Shown here piece after piece: positions 56,238-64,000 of a stretch of DNA of 64,000 nucleotides (position 1 is its first letter; every line of letters begins with the position of its first letter). The stretch lies in NCBI GenBank assembly GCA_027624045.1, contig JAQBUE010000001.1, positions 24,511-88,510 of the forward strand, in the 5' to 3' direction. The DNA is from Acidobacteriota bacterium. GTDB taxonomy: Bacteria > Acidobacteriota > Terriglobia > Bryobacterales > UBA6623. The notes below the pieces were generated by a model. That model searched no databases and was not told the origin of the DNA. It saw only the letters and a list, made by a program, of their open reading frames with translations. Position numbers and translations under genes: made by a program.

Positions 56238-57608
56238 TCAGCGGATTTTCATGAGATGCTCGATCTTGGCGGCATCCTTCGGCAGGGCGCGGCTCAGCAG
56301 CCGTGAGCCGTCTGGCGTGATGAGCAGCATGTCTTCGATGCGGACGCCCAGATTCTCTTCTGGCAGATAAAGCCCGGGCTCGATGGTAACGACCATGCCC
56401 GGCTCGAGCGGCCGGCTGAGGTCCGCGGGGTCGTGGACTTCGAGCCCGACGTGATGCCCCACGCCGTGGACGAAATACTCGCCCATTGGCTGACCTGCCC
56501 TTTCGCGCCCCAGTTCATCGAAGTATTTCTTTGCCATCTCGGTGAGGTCGTTGGGGCCACCGCCGTGGAGAGTCATGCCCGGTTTCAGCCGCGCGATCAG
56601 TTTCTTTTGAACATCGAGGACGAGGTTATATATCTCGCGCTGCCTGGCTGTAAATCGGCCGTCCACGGGCACGGTTCGCGTGATATCGGCGGCGTAGTGA
56701 GCATACTCGCCGCCAACGTCAATGAGCACCAGTTCACCTTTGGCGAGTCGGCGCGTATTGGTGCTGTAGTGCAGCGCGGTCGAGTTCGGTCCGCTCCCGA
56801 TAATCAGCGGATACGCCGGCCGGAGACAGCCCCGCGCCGTGATCGCTTGCAGCATTACGGCCATCAATTCGTACTCGAAGGCGCCAGGTCGCACCCTCGT
56901 CCACGCCTCACGGTGAGCAGCGGCCGAAGCGTCGACGGCTTTCTGGATCAATCGAACTTCACTCGCCGACTTGATGCCCCTCATGCGCTCGATCTGGGAA
57001 CGAATGTTTGACAACGGCAACCCGCCGGCCACAGCTTGCACTCTTTCGCGGCGATCCACCTCGGGCTGCAGACTGTGGCTTTCCTGGTAAGGAAACAACG
57101 TGTAGACACGGGGCCGATGGCGGGCAGCCGCGGCCACGACTGAGTCGAGTTCAGGCGCGCCGCGCACCTCGCCGACACCGCTGAGGGCCGCGATACCGTC
57201 ATCCTCGGGCGCGGCGCGTGGGCCGTTCCATCTTTCGTCCGAAGGATTGTCGCGCGGCAGGAAAAGAACCTCGCGATAGTCGTTTCCTACCTGTTCAGCA
57301 TCATCGGAGTGCCCGGCGCGGGCGGGAACCAATAGCAAGACGGCGCCCGGTTCATTCCAGCCTGTGAGGTAGTAGAAGTTGTTTTCCTGCCGGAAAGACG
57401 AACGCGCGCTCTGCGATTCTTTCTCCCCGTAGCCCAGCAGAACGATAACACCGTCGGGATGCGCGGCGGCCAGCGCCTCGCGGCGTTGGCGATAGACATC
57501 GAGTCGTTCGCGTTCGATCGCCGGCAGGGGAGCCGCCAGCAACACTATCAGAAGACAGATTGCGGCGCGCAACATGGGCTTCAGTATAGGAGGGCTGCAC
57601 GTCGTCAC
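56238..57608 (-). CDS. Xaa-Pro aminopeptidase (M24B, PepP-like) with signal peptide
   Basis: Aminopeptidase-P N-terminal domain (FRQENNFYYLTG). Metal ligands in LIDVGGEY, ADITRT, HGVGHHVGLEVHD, EPGLY and RIED. Confidence 0.85.
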   Translation of the reverse strand: MTTCSPPILKPMLRAAICLLIVLLAAPLPAIERERLDVYRQRREALAAAHPDGVIVLLGYGEKESQSARSSFRQENNFYYLTGWNEPGAVLLLVPARAGHSDDAEQVGNDYREVLFLPRDNPSDERWNGPRAAPEDDGIAALSGVGEVRGAPELDSVVAAAARHRPRVYTLFPYQESHSLQPEVDRRERVQAVAGGLPLSNIRSQIERMRGIKSASEVRLIQKAVDASAAAHREAWTRVRPGAFEYELMAVMLQAITARGCLRPAYPLIIGSGPNSTALHYSTNTRRLAKGELVLIDVGGEYAHYAADITRTVPVDGRFTARQREIYNLVLDVQKKLIARLKPGMTLHGGGPNDLTEMAKKYFDELGRERAGQPMGEYFVHGVGHHVGLEVHDPADLSRPLEPGMVVTIEPGLYLPEENLGVRIEDMLLITPDGSRLLSRALPKDAAKIEHLMKIR

Positions 57609-57692
57609 GGAGCCTGAACGGTGTATCCTGACCCAACGGCGGGGCGCGGTGATTCTGTTTCAGGTACAATTCGAAGTCGCCTCTCCCAACTC

Positions 57693-58103
57693 ATGAGCTA
57701 CGTCTTTGGATTATTCCGCCTGCTGGCTGTACTGTTCACCCTGGTCCTTTCCTTATTCCTGGTGGGGGTTGGTGGACTTGCGCTCTGGACGGGTGAGACC
57801 CTGCATTTCGAAGTCGTGCCGCTGTTCGAAGGCGATGCACTGGCTCAAGTTTTGCTGGCGATGGGCCTACTCGGTTTGATCGGGCTCGTTCTCCTGTTCC
57901 CGGCCAAGCGAGCTGCTTCGTGGCTACTGCTGCCGTGGAACCTGGGAGTCGTTAGTATTTTGATCTGCGCGCTCACCCGCTCCTCGTACCGCTTCAGCGG
58001 CATGGATCATTTCGTGAACGGGGTATACTTGTCGCTGCTCGCCTTGGCGGCCCTTGTGGGAAGCTGGTGTCAAGTGCGCGCCGCGCGGCACCGGATCAGC
58101 TAA
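57693..58103 (+). CDS. hypothetical 4-TM membrane protein
   Basis: 136 aa from ATG 57693 with four hydrophobic helices and no known motif. Confidence 0.4.
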   Translation: MSYVFGLFRLLAVLFTLVLSLFLVGVGGLALWTGETLHFEVVPLFEGDALAQVLLAMGLLGLIGLVLLFPAKRAASWLLLPWNLGVVSILICALTRSSYRFSGMDHFVNGVYLSLLALAALVGSWCQVRAARHRIS

Positions 58104-58137
58104 CCGGAGTAGCGCCGAGCGAAACGGTTCCTGAACC

Positions 58138-58545
58138 GTGGAGGACCTACATCAAGCCGTCGGCGCCGGCATTGCGCTGATTGTCATCGTCCTGGCGGCG
58201 ACCGTCACGATCTTCTCGATCGCCGGGGTCTGGAAGATGCTCGAAAAGGGCGGTCAACCGGGTTGGGGTATCTTCGTCCCGATCTACAACGCGATTCTGC
58301 TCGTCCGTATCGTTGGACTTCAGGATTGGTTCTTCCTGCTCTTCCTCGTTCCGGGCGTCAACATAGTCGCGCACATTATCGTGTCATTGGAACTAGGGAA
58401 ACGGTTCGGGAGAGGCGCGGCGTTTACGATGGGAATCATCCTGGTCCCGGCTCTTTTCTATCCCGTTCTGGGCTTCGGCCGGGCAGTATACACGCCACCT
58501 CCGCCGCCCCCGCGGAGCGATGCTGCAGCGGCAATCGAGGGATAG
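58138..58545 (+). CDS. DUF5684-like small membrane protein
   Basis: WKMLEKGGQPGWGIFVPIYNAILLVRIVGLQDWFFLLFLVPGVNI...LGKRFGRGAAFTMGIILVP matches my recollection of the DUF5684 pattern. GTG start. Confidence 0.55.
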   Translation: MEDLHQAVGAGIALIVIVLAATVTIFSIAGVWKMLEKGGQPGWGIFVPIYNAILLVRIVGLQDWFFLLFLVPGVNIVAHIIVSLELGKRFGRGAAFTMGIILVPALFYPVLGFGRAVYTPPPPPPRSDAAAAIEG

Positions 58546-58553
58546 CGAAAAGC

Positions 58554-58847
58554 ATGCGACTCCGTGCCGCCCGAGACCGCTTGAAGGTTGAGCATGCCAT
58601 CCTTGATGGCTTACGGCGGGTTCTTGAGGATCTACTTGAAGAGAACCTCGCCGTTCGCTTGATCATTCCCGGAACGATCAAGCCGGTTCGCAAGGCTCGC
58701 GGCAAGATCAAAATCCGAGTCACGACGCCGACGCAAACGGGATGGAAAGCGATAGCCCTCGCGGCCGGCGCACGCCAGGAACTCTTTATCTCAACGGCCT
58801 TAACCAAAGAAGAGCTTGAGTCGTGCATCGCCGCGGCGCTTAACTAG
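58554..58847 (+). CDS. hypothetical small protein
   Basis: 97 aa from ATG 58554, 8 nt after the preceding stop. Coding-like composition, no motif recognised. Confidence 0.35.
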   Translation: MRLRAARDRLKVEHAILDGLRRVLEDLLEENLAVRLIIPGTIKPVRKARGKIKIRVTTPTQTGWKAIALAAGARQELFISTALTKEELESCIAAALN

Positions 58848-58870
58848 GGCGTACTTCTCATGCCGCGGAA

Positions 58871-60043
58871 TCAAGTTCGGGCAAACCGGTCGAGACGCCC
58901 TGCCGGACGCCGCTGGGCCGCTAAGGTTGAGTTCTCAAGCTCAAGATCACGAGGCATATCGATTCCGGCGGCACGGAACATTGCATAGACGGGCAGATCT
59001 TCCTCGGTGCGCTCGAAGACCATGCGTTTCTGCTCGACATCGTAGTCCACCTCGATCAAGTCACCCGCTTCAATCTGCTCTGTCGCAACCAGGTTGGCCA
59101 TTGGGTACACGAGCGACCGCTCGATACTGCGCTTGAGATGGCGCGCCCCATACTTGGCGTCAGTGCCTTCGTCGAGGATCACATCTTTCGCCGCCCCGGA
59201 CAACTGGAACAGGAAGGGCGTGCCGTTAAACACTCGTTGCTGGACATAGGAAAGTTCCAGCTCGAGAATCTGGCGGAGTTCCGGGTCACCGAGCGTCTTG
59301 AACACAACAATCTTGTCGAGACGGTTCATGAACTCCGGCGTGAACTTCCTGCGCGCCGCCGTCAGTCCGGCTTCGACAATGCGTTTACTGATACTTCCGG
59401 AGCGAAAATCGACGGCGCGGGAGCGGCTGCCTGCGAAGCCCATCTCCGGATTCATCATCGCGCTCATTTCCGACGCGCCCAGGTTGCTGGTCATAAAGAT
59501 GAGCGAGCGCGAGAAATCGACGCGGCGATTGTCACCTAACGTGAGGGTCGCTTTGTCGAGGATGCCGAGCAGCAGATTCCACAACGCGTCACTGGCCTTC
59601 TCGATTTCGTCGAAAAGCACAAACGAGAGTTTGAGATCGTCGGTGTGGTGCTGGTTGAGGACTTCCTGGCTCAACAGCGGATGCGTTTCGCGGTGACCCA
59701 GGTAGCCGGGGGGTGAGCCGATCAGTTTCGCGATCTCGTGACTGTGCTGGAACTCGGCACAGTCAATCTTGAGCACCGCCCGCGGGTCGGCGAGCAGCGA
59801 CTCGACCGCTGCTTCGACCACTCGCGTCTTGCCGGTCCCGGTGGGGCCGAGAAAGAGAAAGTTCCCGACAGGCCGACCGGGACTATTCATCCCCGCCAGA
59901 AACATCTGATAAACATTGACGATCTGCTTGAGCGCCTCGTCCTGACCGATGATCCGCTTGCGCAGATCGCGGGCAAGCTTCTCCGCGTCGCGCCCGGTCA
60001 GCCCGGGGTCAAGTTTCTTGCGAACTGTTGCCGTTTGTCCCAC
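58871..60043 (-). CDS. stand-alone Clp/Hsp100 D2-type AAA+ ATPase
   Basis: RIIGQDEALKQI, Walker A GPTGTGKT, Walker B VLFDEIEKA, sensor-1 FMTSN, and a D2-small domain (GARHLKRSIERSL). GTG 60043 is preferred as start (AGGAG 6 nt upstream); the alternative is ATG 60124. Confidence 0.8.
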   Translation of the reverse strand: MGQTATVRKKLDPGLTGRDAEKLARDLRKRIIGQDEALKQIVNVYQMFLAGMNSPGRPVGNFLFLGPTGTGKTRVVEAAVESLLADPRAVLKIDCAEFQHSHEIAKLIGSPPGYLGHRETHPLLSQEVLNQHHTDDLKLSFVLFDEIEKASDALWNLLLGILDKATLTLGDNRRVDFSRSLIFMTSNLGASEMSAMMNPEMGFAGSRSRAVDFRSGSISKRIVEAGLTAARRKFTPEFMNRLDKIVVFKTLGDPELRQILELELSYVQQRVFNGTPFLFQLSGAAKDVILDEGTDAKYGARHLKRSIERSLVYPMANLVATEQIEAGDLIEVDYDVEQKRMVFERTEEDLPVYAMFRAAGIDMPRDLELENSTLAAQRRPAGRLDRFART

Positions 60044-60234
60044 GATTTGCTCCTGCTCGTTACACGGATGTTGCACAACATCACCCCTCACATATCGGCC
60101 ACCGCAGTCGGCTTCTGTAACCACCCGGCTGAGCCAAGCGTTCCGTTGCAGCGCTGCGCCCCCGAGGCGTTGCGCGTATTCCCAGGTCCAGTGTAGGGGG
60201 CGGCGCGCGAGCTAACGCCGGGTCCGATTGCTAA

Positions 60235-60262
60235 TTGACTGAAAACAAACGGCAAATATACT
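60235..60262 (+). promoter_or_regulatory. sigma-70-like promoter upstream of the TonB-dependent-receptor-like gene
   Basis: TTGACT-16 nt-TATACT in a locally AT-richer stretch, about 165 nt upstream of ATG 60429. Confidence 0.4.
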
Positions 60263-60428
60263 TGATTCGCTTGTGACCGGCTCTCGATCAACCCGCCACA
60301 TCCGTTCAACTGGGCCCATTTGGCTCCGTTACTCACGCCCCTCGGACGGTTCTGTCTTGAATAGTTCCGTTGCGGCAGCCATAGCATTCGTCAGACAATC
60401 AGACTCTCACTGTTTCGGCCGGCACACC

Positions 60429-63400
60429 ATGCAAAGCCCTCGTCACACTCGCCTTCGGCGGGCTCTCGCCGTGCTGTCCCTTTTGGTACTTATTGCAGGG
60501 AGCATGCGCTACCTGCACGCCCAGAACCTGCAGGGCCGTATTGAAGGCAAGGTGAGCGATTCGTCGGGCGGCGCGATCCCGGATGCGCGGGTCTTCGCCC
60601 TGCACGCCGAAACCAACGTTAGCTACGAGACGGGCACGAGCGGTGTCGGGCGCTTCTCACTGCCAAGCGTCCGGCTGGGCCCCTATACGATCGAAGCCGA
60701 AGCCGAGGGTTTCCAACGGATTGTTATCAGCGGCGTTGCGGTCGAGCTGGGAGGCGCCTCGACCGTGAATATCGAGCTGCCGCTTGGTGAGCCCTCGTTC
60801 AGCGTGACAGTGGAAGCAGCCGCCGCGCAGTCGTCGGTCAACCTTGTGGACAGTGAGATTGGCGCCGTAGTGAACTCCGGCCAGATTCTGGAACTTCCAC
60901 TCAACGGCCGCAACGCCGCCGAGCTTGCCCTGCAGCAAGCCGGGGTATACTTCGAACGAAACAGCGAAGGCCAGGGCGACAAGCTCTTCATCCACGGCCA
61001 GCGGCATCGAGCAATCAACTTCACTCTCGACGGACTCGACATCCAAGATAACCTCAATCGCGCCTCGAGCACGATGATTGATTTTCCTCTCGTCCCGATG
61101 GCGGCTGAGAACATTCGCGAGTTTCACGTGATCACGGCGATCTCCTCCGCTGAATTCAGCCGAGGCGGATCACAAATCACAGCTGTCACCCGCTCGGGCT
61201 CGAACCAGTTTCACGGTTCGCTCTTTGAGTTTCACCGCAACACGGGCCTCAACGCGAACGACTTTTTCAACAACAGCGCCGGCGTCGAACGTCCGCCGCT
61301 GATCCGCAACCAGTTTGGCGGACGTCTCGGCGGACCGATCATCAAAGACCGAACGTTCTTCTATGTCGGCTACCAGCAGACACGGGAAGCGCGCACGATC
61401 GCCGTGAATCGCACGGTCTACACGCCCCAGGCGCGGGCGGGCGAATTCCGGTACCTGGACGGGCTACGCACGACGTCCGAGAACGTCGCCGCCAACCCTG
61501 GTCTGGTCCGCGCGGTCAATCTGATGGAATGCGGACCGGCCATCTCGTCGGCTTTTGGGCGCGATTGTGTCGACGGCCGTTTCAACGGCGCCCGCCCGGC
61601 GTCCCACGACCCCTTTATCGAGAACGAAGTGTTCGGCCTGATTCCGACCCCCAATAATTTCGATTTGGGTGACGGACTCAACACCGGCGGGTTCCGATTC
61701 AACACGCCCTCGCGAAACATTGAGCACCTACCCTCGCTGCGCCTCGATCATCGTTTCAACAACACACACAGCTTCTCAGGGGTGGTGAACTACGTTGACC
61801 GTGAGATCCAGGGCGACTTCATCAACGGCCGCGAACCGAAGTACCCTGGGCAGGCTCCGCTCGGCAGCCGGGTGACGCACTCGAAGGCCGTGAGTGGCTC
61901 CGTGATGTCCACCTTGTCAGCGAACTTGCTCAATGAGTTTCGCTTCGGATTCGTGGGCGGCGAGAACGCCTTTCTGGTGACGCAGCCGTTTTCGACTCCG
62001 TTTACTCTGACGCTCAATACGATCACGAACCCGTACGATCCCGACAACGGCGACGAAGTGCGCGACAACGAGGTCTTTCACGTGCGGGACAGCATCAGCT
62101 GGGTTCGCGGCCGTCACCAGCTCAAAGCGGGCGCTGAATGGCGGCAGCGTAGCGTGGATACGTACGCCTTCGACCTCGTGAATCCGGCGGGGGAGATCGA
62201 TCTTGATGACAACGACTACGCGCCCGCTTTCAACAACGCCGAGCTCGGTCTGCTGGGAGGCGGAACGGTCAATACGAGCGATGCCGAGGTCGCGCGCGAT
62301 CTGATGAATAACCTTGTCGGGGCGATGGAAACGGTGCAGCAGCGTTTCAACGTTAGCTCACTGACTTCGGGTTTCGTGCCGAACATTCCCGAGCGGCGCG
62401 GCTATCGCAATCGCGAACTTGATCTTTTCGTCGAAGACCGCTGGCGGCTGCGTTCCGACTTCACGTTGAACCTGGGTTTGCGATGGGAATACTCGTCCGT
62501 GCCGATTGAGAGAAACGGCCTCGCACTGGCCCCGGAAGGCGGGCTGGACGCTGTATTCGGGGTCTCCGGCTCGGCAGGCTTCTTCCAGCCCGGCGTCTTC
62601 GGCGGAACCCCTTGCAACTCTCTCAACAGCCTGCCGATGGAACCCAGCGCCGCGAACGCAACGGCCTTGATCGAGCAATGTGCTACTCGCTACGTTCCCA
62701 CGACGGCCGTGAACGGGCGGCCGCTGTGGAACGACGATCTCAACAATTTTGCGCCCGTCATCGGTTTCGCGTGGGATCCCTTCCGCGACGGCAAGACAGC
62801 GGTTCGCGGGGGCTTTCGCGTCAGCTATATCCAGGATGCGTTCTCTATCGTTGATGGCAATCTCGACGACAACGAGGGCTTGGTGGTCAGTCAAACCTGT
62901 ATCCCCAGCAGCGGCAACTGTCTCAACAATCCGTCGCAGGGACCCTTTCTGCTGCGCGATCTCGGGACGGCGTCCGTCGTACCGGCAACTCCCGAGTTCA
63001 CCCTGCCTGCGTTCCGCAGTATCCTCGACAGCAACGCCGCGGACTTCCGAGTTTTCGATCCTGATCTGGCTACTTCGTACTACAGCGAGTGGACGTTCAG
63101 CGTGGCGCGGGAACTCGCCTCAGAGATCACGCTCGAAGTTCGTTATGTAGGGAACCGCGGGGTCAAGCTGCGGCGGATGGCTGATTTCAATGAGATCAAC
63201 ATTGAAGCCTTCGATGCGGTGTCAGGGCAGACGTTTTTGGAATCGTTCAACGTCGCGCGCGCCAATCTCGACTGCAATCGGTCGAGCGGCAATGGCAACC
63301 GCTTCGACGATGCGACAGGCGCTGCGTGCATTTCTCCGAACCCTCTGATAGCCGCCTTGATTGCGGGAGAGCCGAGCCGTTTGCGCAGCCGCAGCGGACT

Positions 63401-64000
63401 GACCGACGCGCTGCAATTCGACGAGGCGGGACACTTTGCCAACCAGCTCACGCAGAGCGAGCTCTCCGACCCGATGATTGGTGAAACAACGCGGCTGCGC
63501 GGGGGGAGCTTCTGGGGGCAGGTGCTCAACGGACGTTTCCCGGCCAATTTTTTTATGGCGAACCCGTTTGTCGCGAGCGCCCGCGGAATGGTGAGCGACG
63601 GTTTTTCGACCTATCATGCGCTCGAGATCGAGGCGCGCCGCCGGCTCTCGGCGGGCTTCACTTTGCAGGCTAATTACACGTTTGGCAAGGCGCTCACCGA
63701 TTTCGATGGGGACGATAACACCCTGGTCAACAGCACGCGCCCCAGCTCGATCCGCAACCCGCGCTATACCTTGCAGCAGTTCATGCCGCGTCACCAGGTG
63801 AACGCGAATTGGGTTTACGAGTTGCCCTTCGGCGAGGGTAAACCGTTTGCGCCGACGGCACCGTTCGTGCGCGGCTTCGCTTCGGGCTGGCAGGTCGGCG
63901 GATTGATGAACTGGCATGGCGGAGCGCCGCTCTCGATCCTTTCCGGCCGGGGTACATTTCACACGCAGTTTGTTTCGGCTGAGAACACCGTCGATCTCTC
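60429..64000 (+). CDS. TonB-dependent-receptor-like outer-membrane protein with N-terminal carboxypeptidase-regulatory-like domain, 3'-partial
   Basis: Not in the ORF track because it runs off the window. Translation is MQSPRHTRLRRALAVLSLLVLIAGSMRYLHAQNLQGRIEGKVSDSSGGAIPDARVFALHAETNVSYETGTSGVGRFSLPSVRLGPYTIEAEAEGF..., and later SGSNQFHGSLFEFHRNTGLNANDFFNN...FGGRLGGPIIKDRTFFYVGYQ. Frame checked as in phase at 61143. Confidence 0.85.
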   Translation, partial: MQSPRHTRLRRALAVLSLLVLIAGSMRYLHAQNLQGRIEGKVSDSSGGAIPDARVFALHAETNVSYETGTSGVGRFSLPSVRLGPYTIEAEAEGFQRIVISGVAVELGGASTVNIELPLGEPSFSVTVEAAAAQSSVNLVDSEIGAVVNSGQILELPLNGRNAAELALQQAGVYFERNSEGQGDKLFIHGQRHRAINFTLDGLDIQDNLNRASSTMIDFPLVPMAAENIREFHVITAISSAEFSRGGSQITAVTRSGSNQFHGSLFEFHRNTGLNANDFFNNSAGVERPPLIRNQFGGRLGGPIIKDRTFFYVGYQQTREARTIAVNRTVYTPQARAGEFRYLDGLRTTSENVAANPGLVRAVNLMECGPAISSAFGRDCVDGRFNGARPASHDPFIENEVFGLIPTPNNFDLGDGLNTGGFRFNTPSRNIEHLPSLRLDHRFNNTHSFSGVVNYVDREIQGDFINGREPKYPGQAPLGSRVTHSKAVSGSVMSTLSANLLNEFRFGFVGGENAFLVTQPFSTPFTLTLNTITNPYDPDNGDEVRDNEVFHVRDSISWVRGRHQLKAGAEWRQRSVDTYAFDLVNPAGEIDLDDNDYAPAFNNAELGLLGGGTVNTSDAEVARDLMNNLVGAMETVQQRFNVSSLTSGFVPNIPERRGYRNRELDLFVEDRWRLRSDFTLNLGLRWEYSSVPIERNGLALAPEGGLDAVFGVSGSAGFFQPGVFGGTPCNSLNSLPMEPSAANATALIEQCATRYVPTTAVNGRPLWNDDLNNFAPVIGFAWDPFRDGKTAVRGGFRVSYIQDAFSIVDGNLDDNEGLVVSQTCIPSSGNCLNNPSQGPFLLRDLGTASVVPATPEFTLPAFRSILDSNAADFRVFDPDLATSYYSEWTFSVARELASEITLEVRYVGNRGVKLRRMADFNEINIEAFDAVSGQTFLESFNVARANLDCNRSSGNGNRFDDATGAACISPNPLIAALIAGEPSRLRSRSGLTDALQFDEAGHFANQLTQSELSDPMIGETTRLRGGSFWGQVLNGRFPANFFMANPFVASARGMVSDGFSTYHALEIEARRRLSAGFTLQANYTFGKALTDFDGDDNTLVNSTRPSSIRNPRYTLQQFMPRHQVNANWVYELPFGEGKPFAPTAPFVRGFASGWQVGGLMNWHGGAPLSILSGRGTFHTQFVSAENTVDL

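Overview
High-GC (by eye roughly 60-65%), very gene-dense chromosomal segment with about 52 supportable CDS and little non-coding DNA. The gene content suggests an Acidobacteriota genome (Solibacter/Bryobacter-like), which is inference only. It includes a Tat-signal Gfo/Idh/MocA oxidoreductase, DUF1080, a Ser/Thr kinase fused to a TolB-like PD40 propeller, TonB-dependent-receptor-like OMPs at both window edges, and many secreted peptidases. Recognisable housekeeping genes are queF, trpD, sucC-sucD-ndk, rsmI, an aqpZ-like channel, thiC, an orphan nuoB and mtgA. Accessory content is three type II toxin-antitoxin pairs (hicBA, mazEF-like, tacAT) and peptidases of families S55 (x2), M14, M24 (x2) and M36. 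I found no rRNA, tRNA, CRISPR array, transposase, integrase or phage genes. Most remaining ORFs in the six-frame track are antisense shadow ORFs typical of high-GC DNA. The most interesting signal is at 4.3-16.9 kb. Two diverged paralogous two-gene cassettes (SpoIVB-like S55 serine peptidase plus a secreted beta-propeller/Ig protein) sit in mirror orientation around an M14 carboxypeptidase and a Tat-exported oxidoreductase. In both S55 homologues the catalytic Ser block precedes the His block, the reverse of SpoIVB, which suggests a circularly permuted protease. Secondary observations: an HDOD gene interrupted by one in-frame TAA, a cupin gene remnant behind the aquaporin, and an M36 fungalysin fused to three tandem LamG modules. 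Also noted are a stand-alone Clp-D2-type AAA+ ATPase, an orphan nuoB, and a 577-bp lower-GC convergent spacer with no credible ORF.
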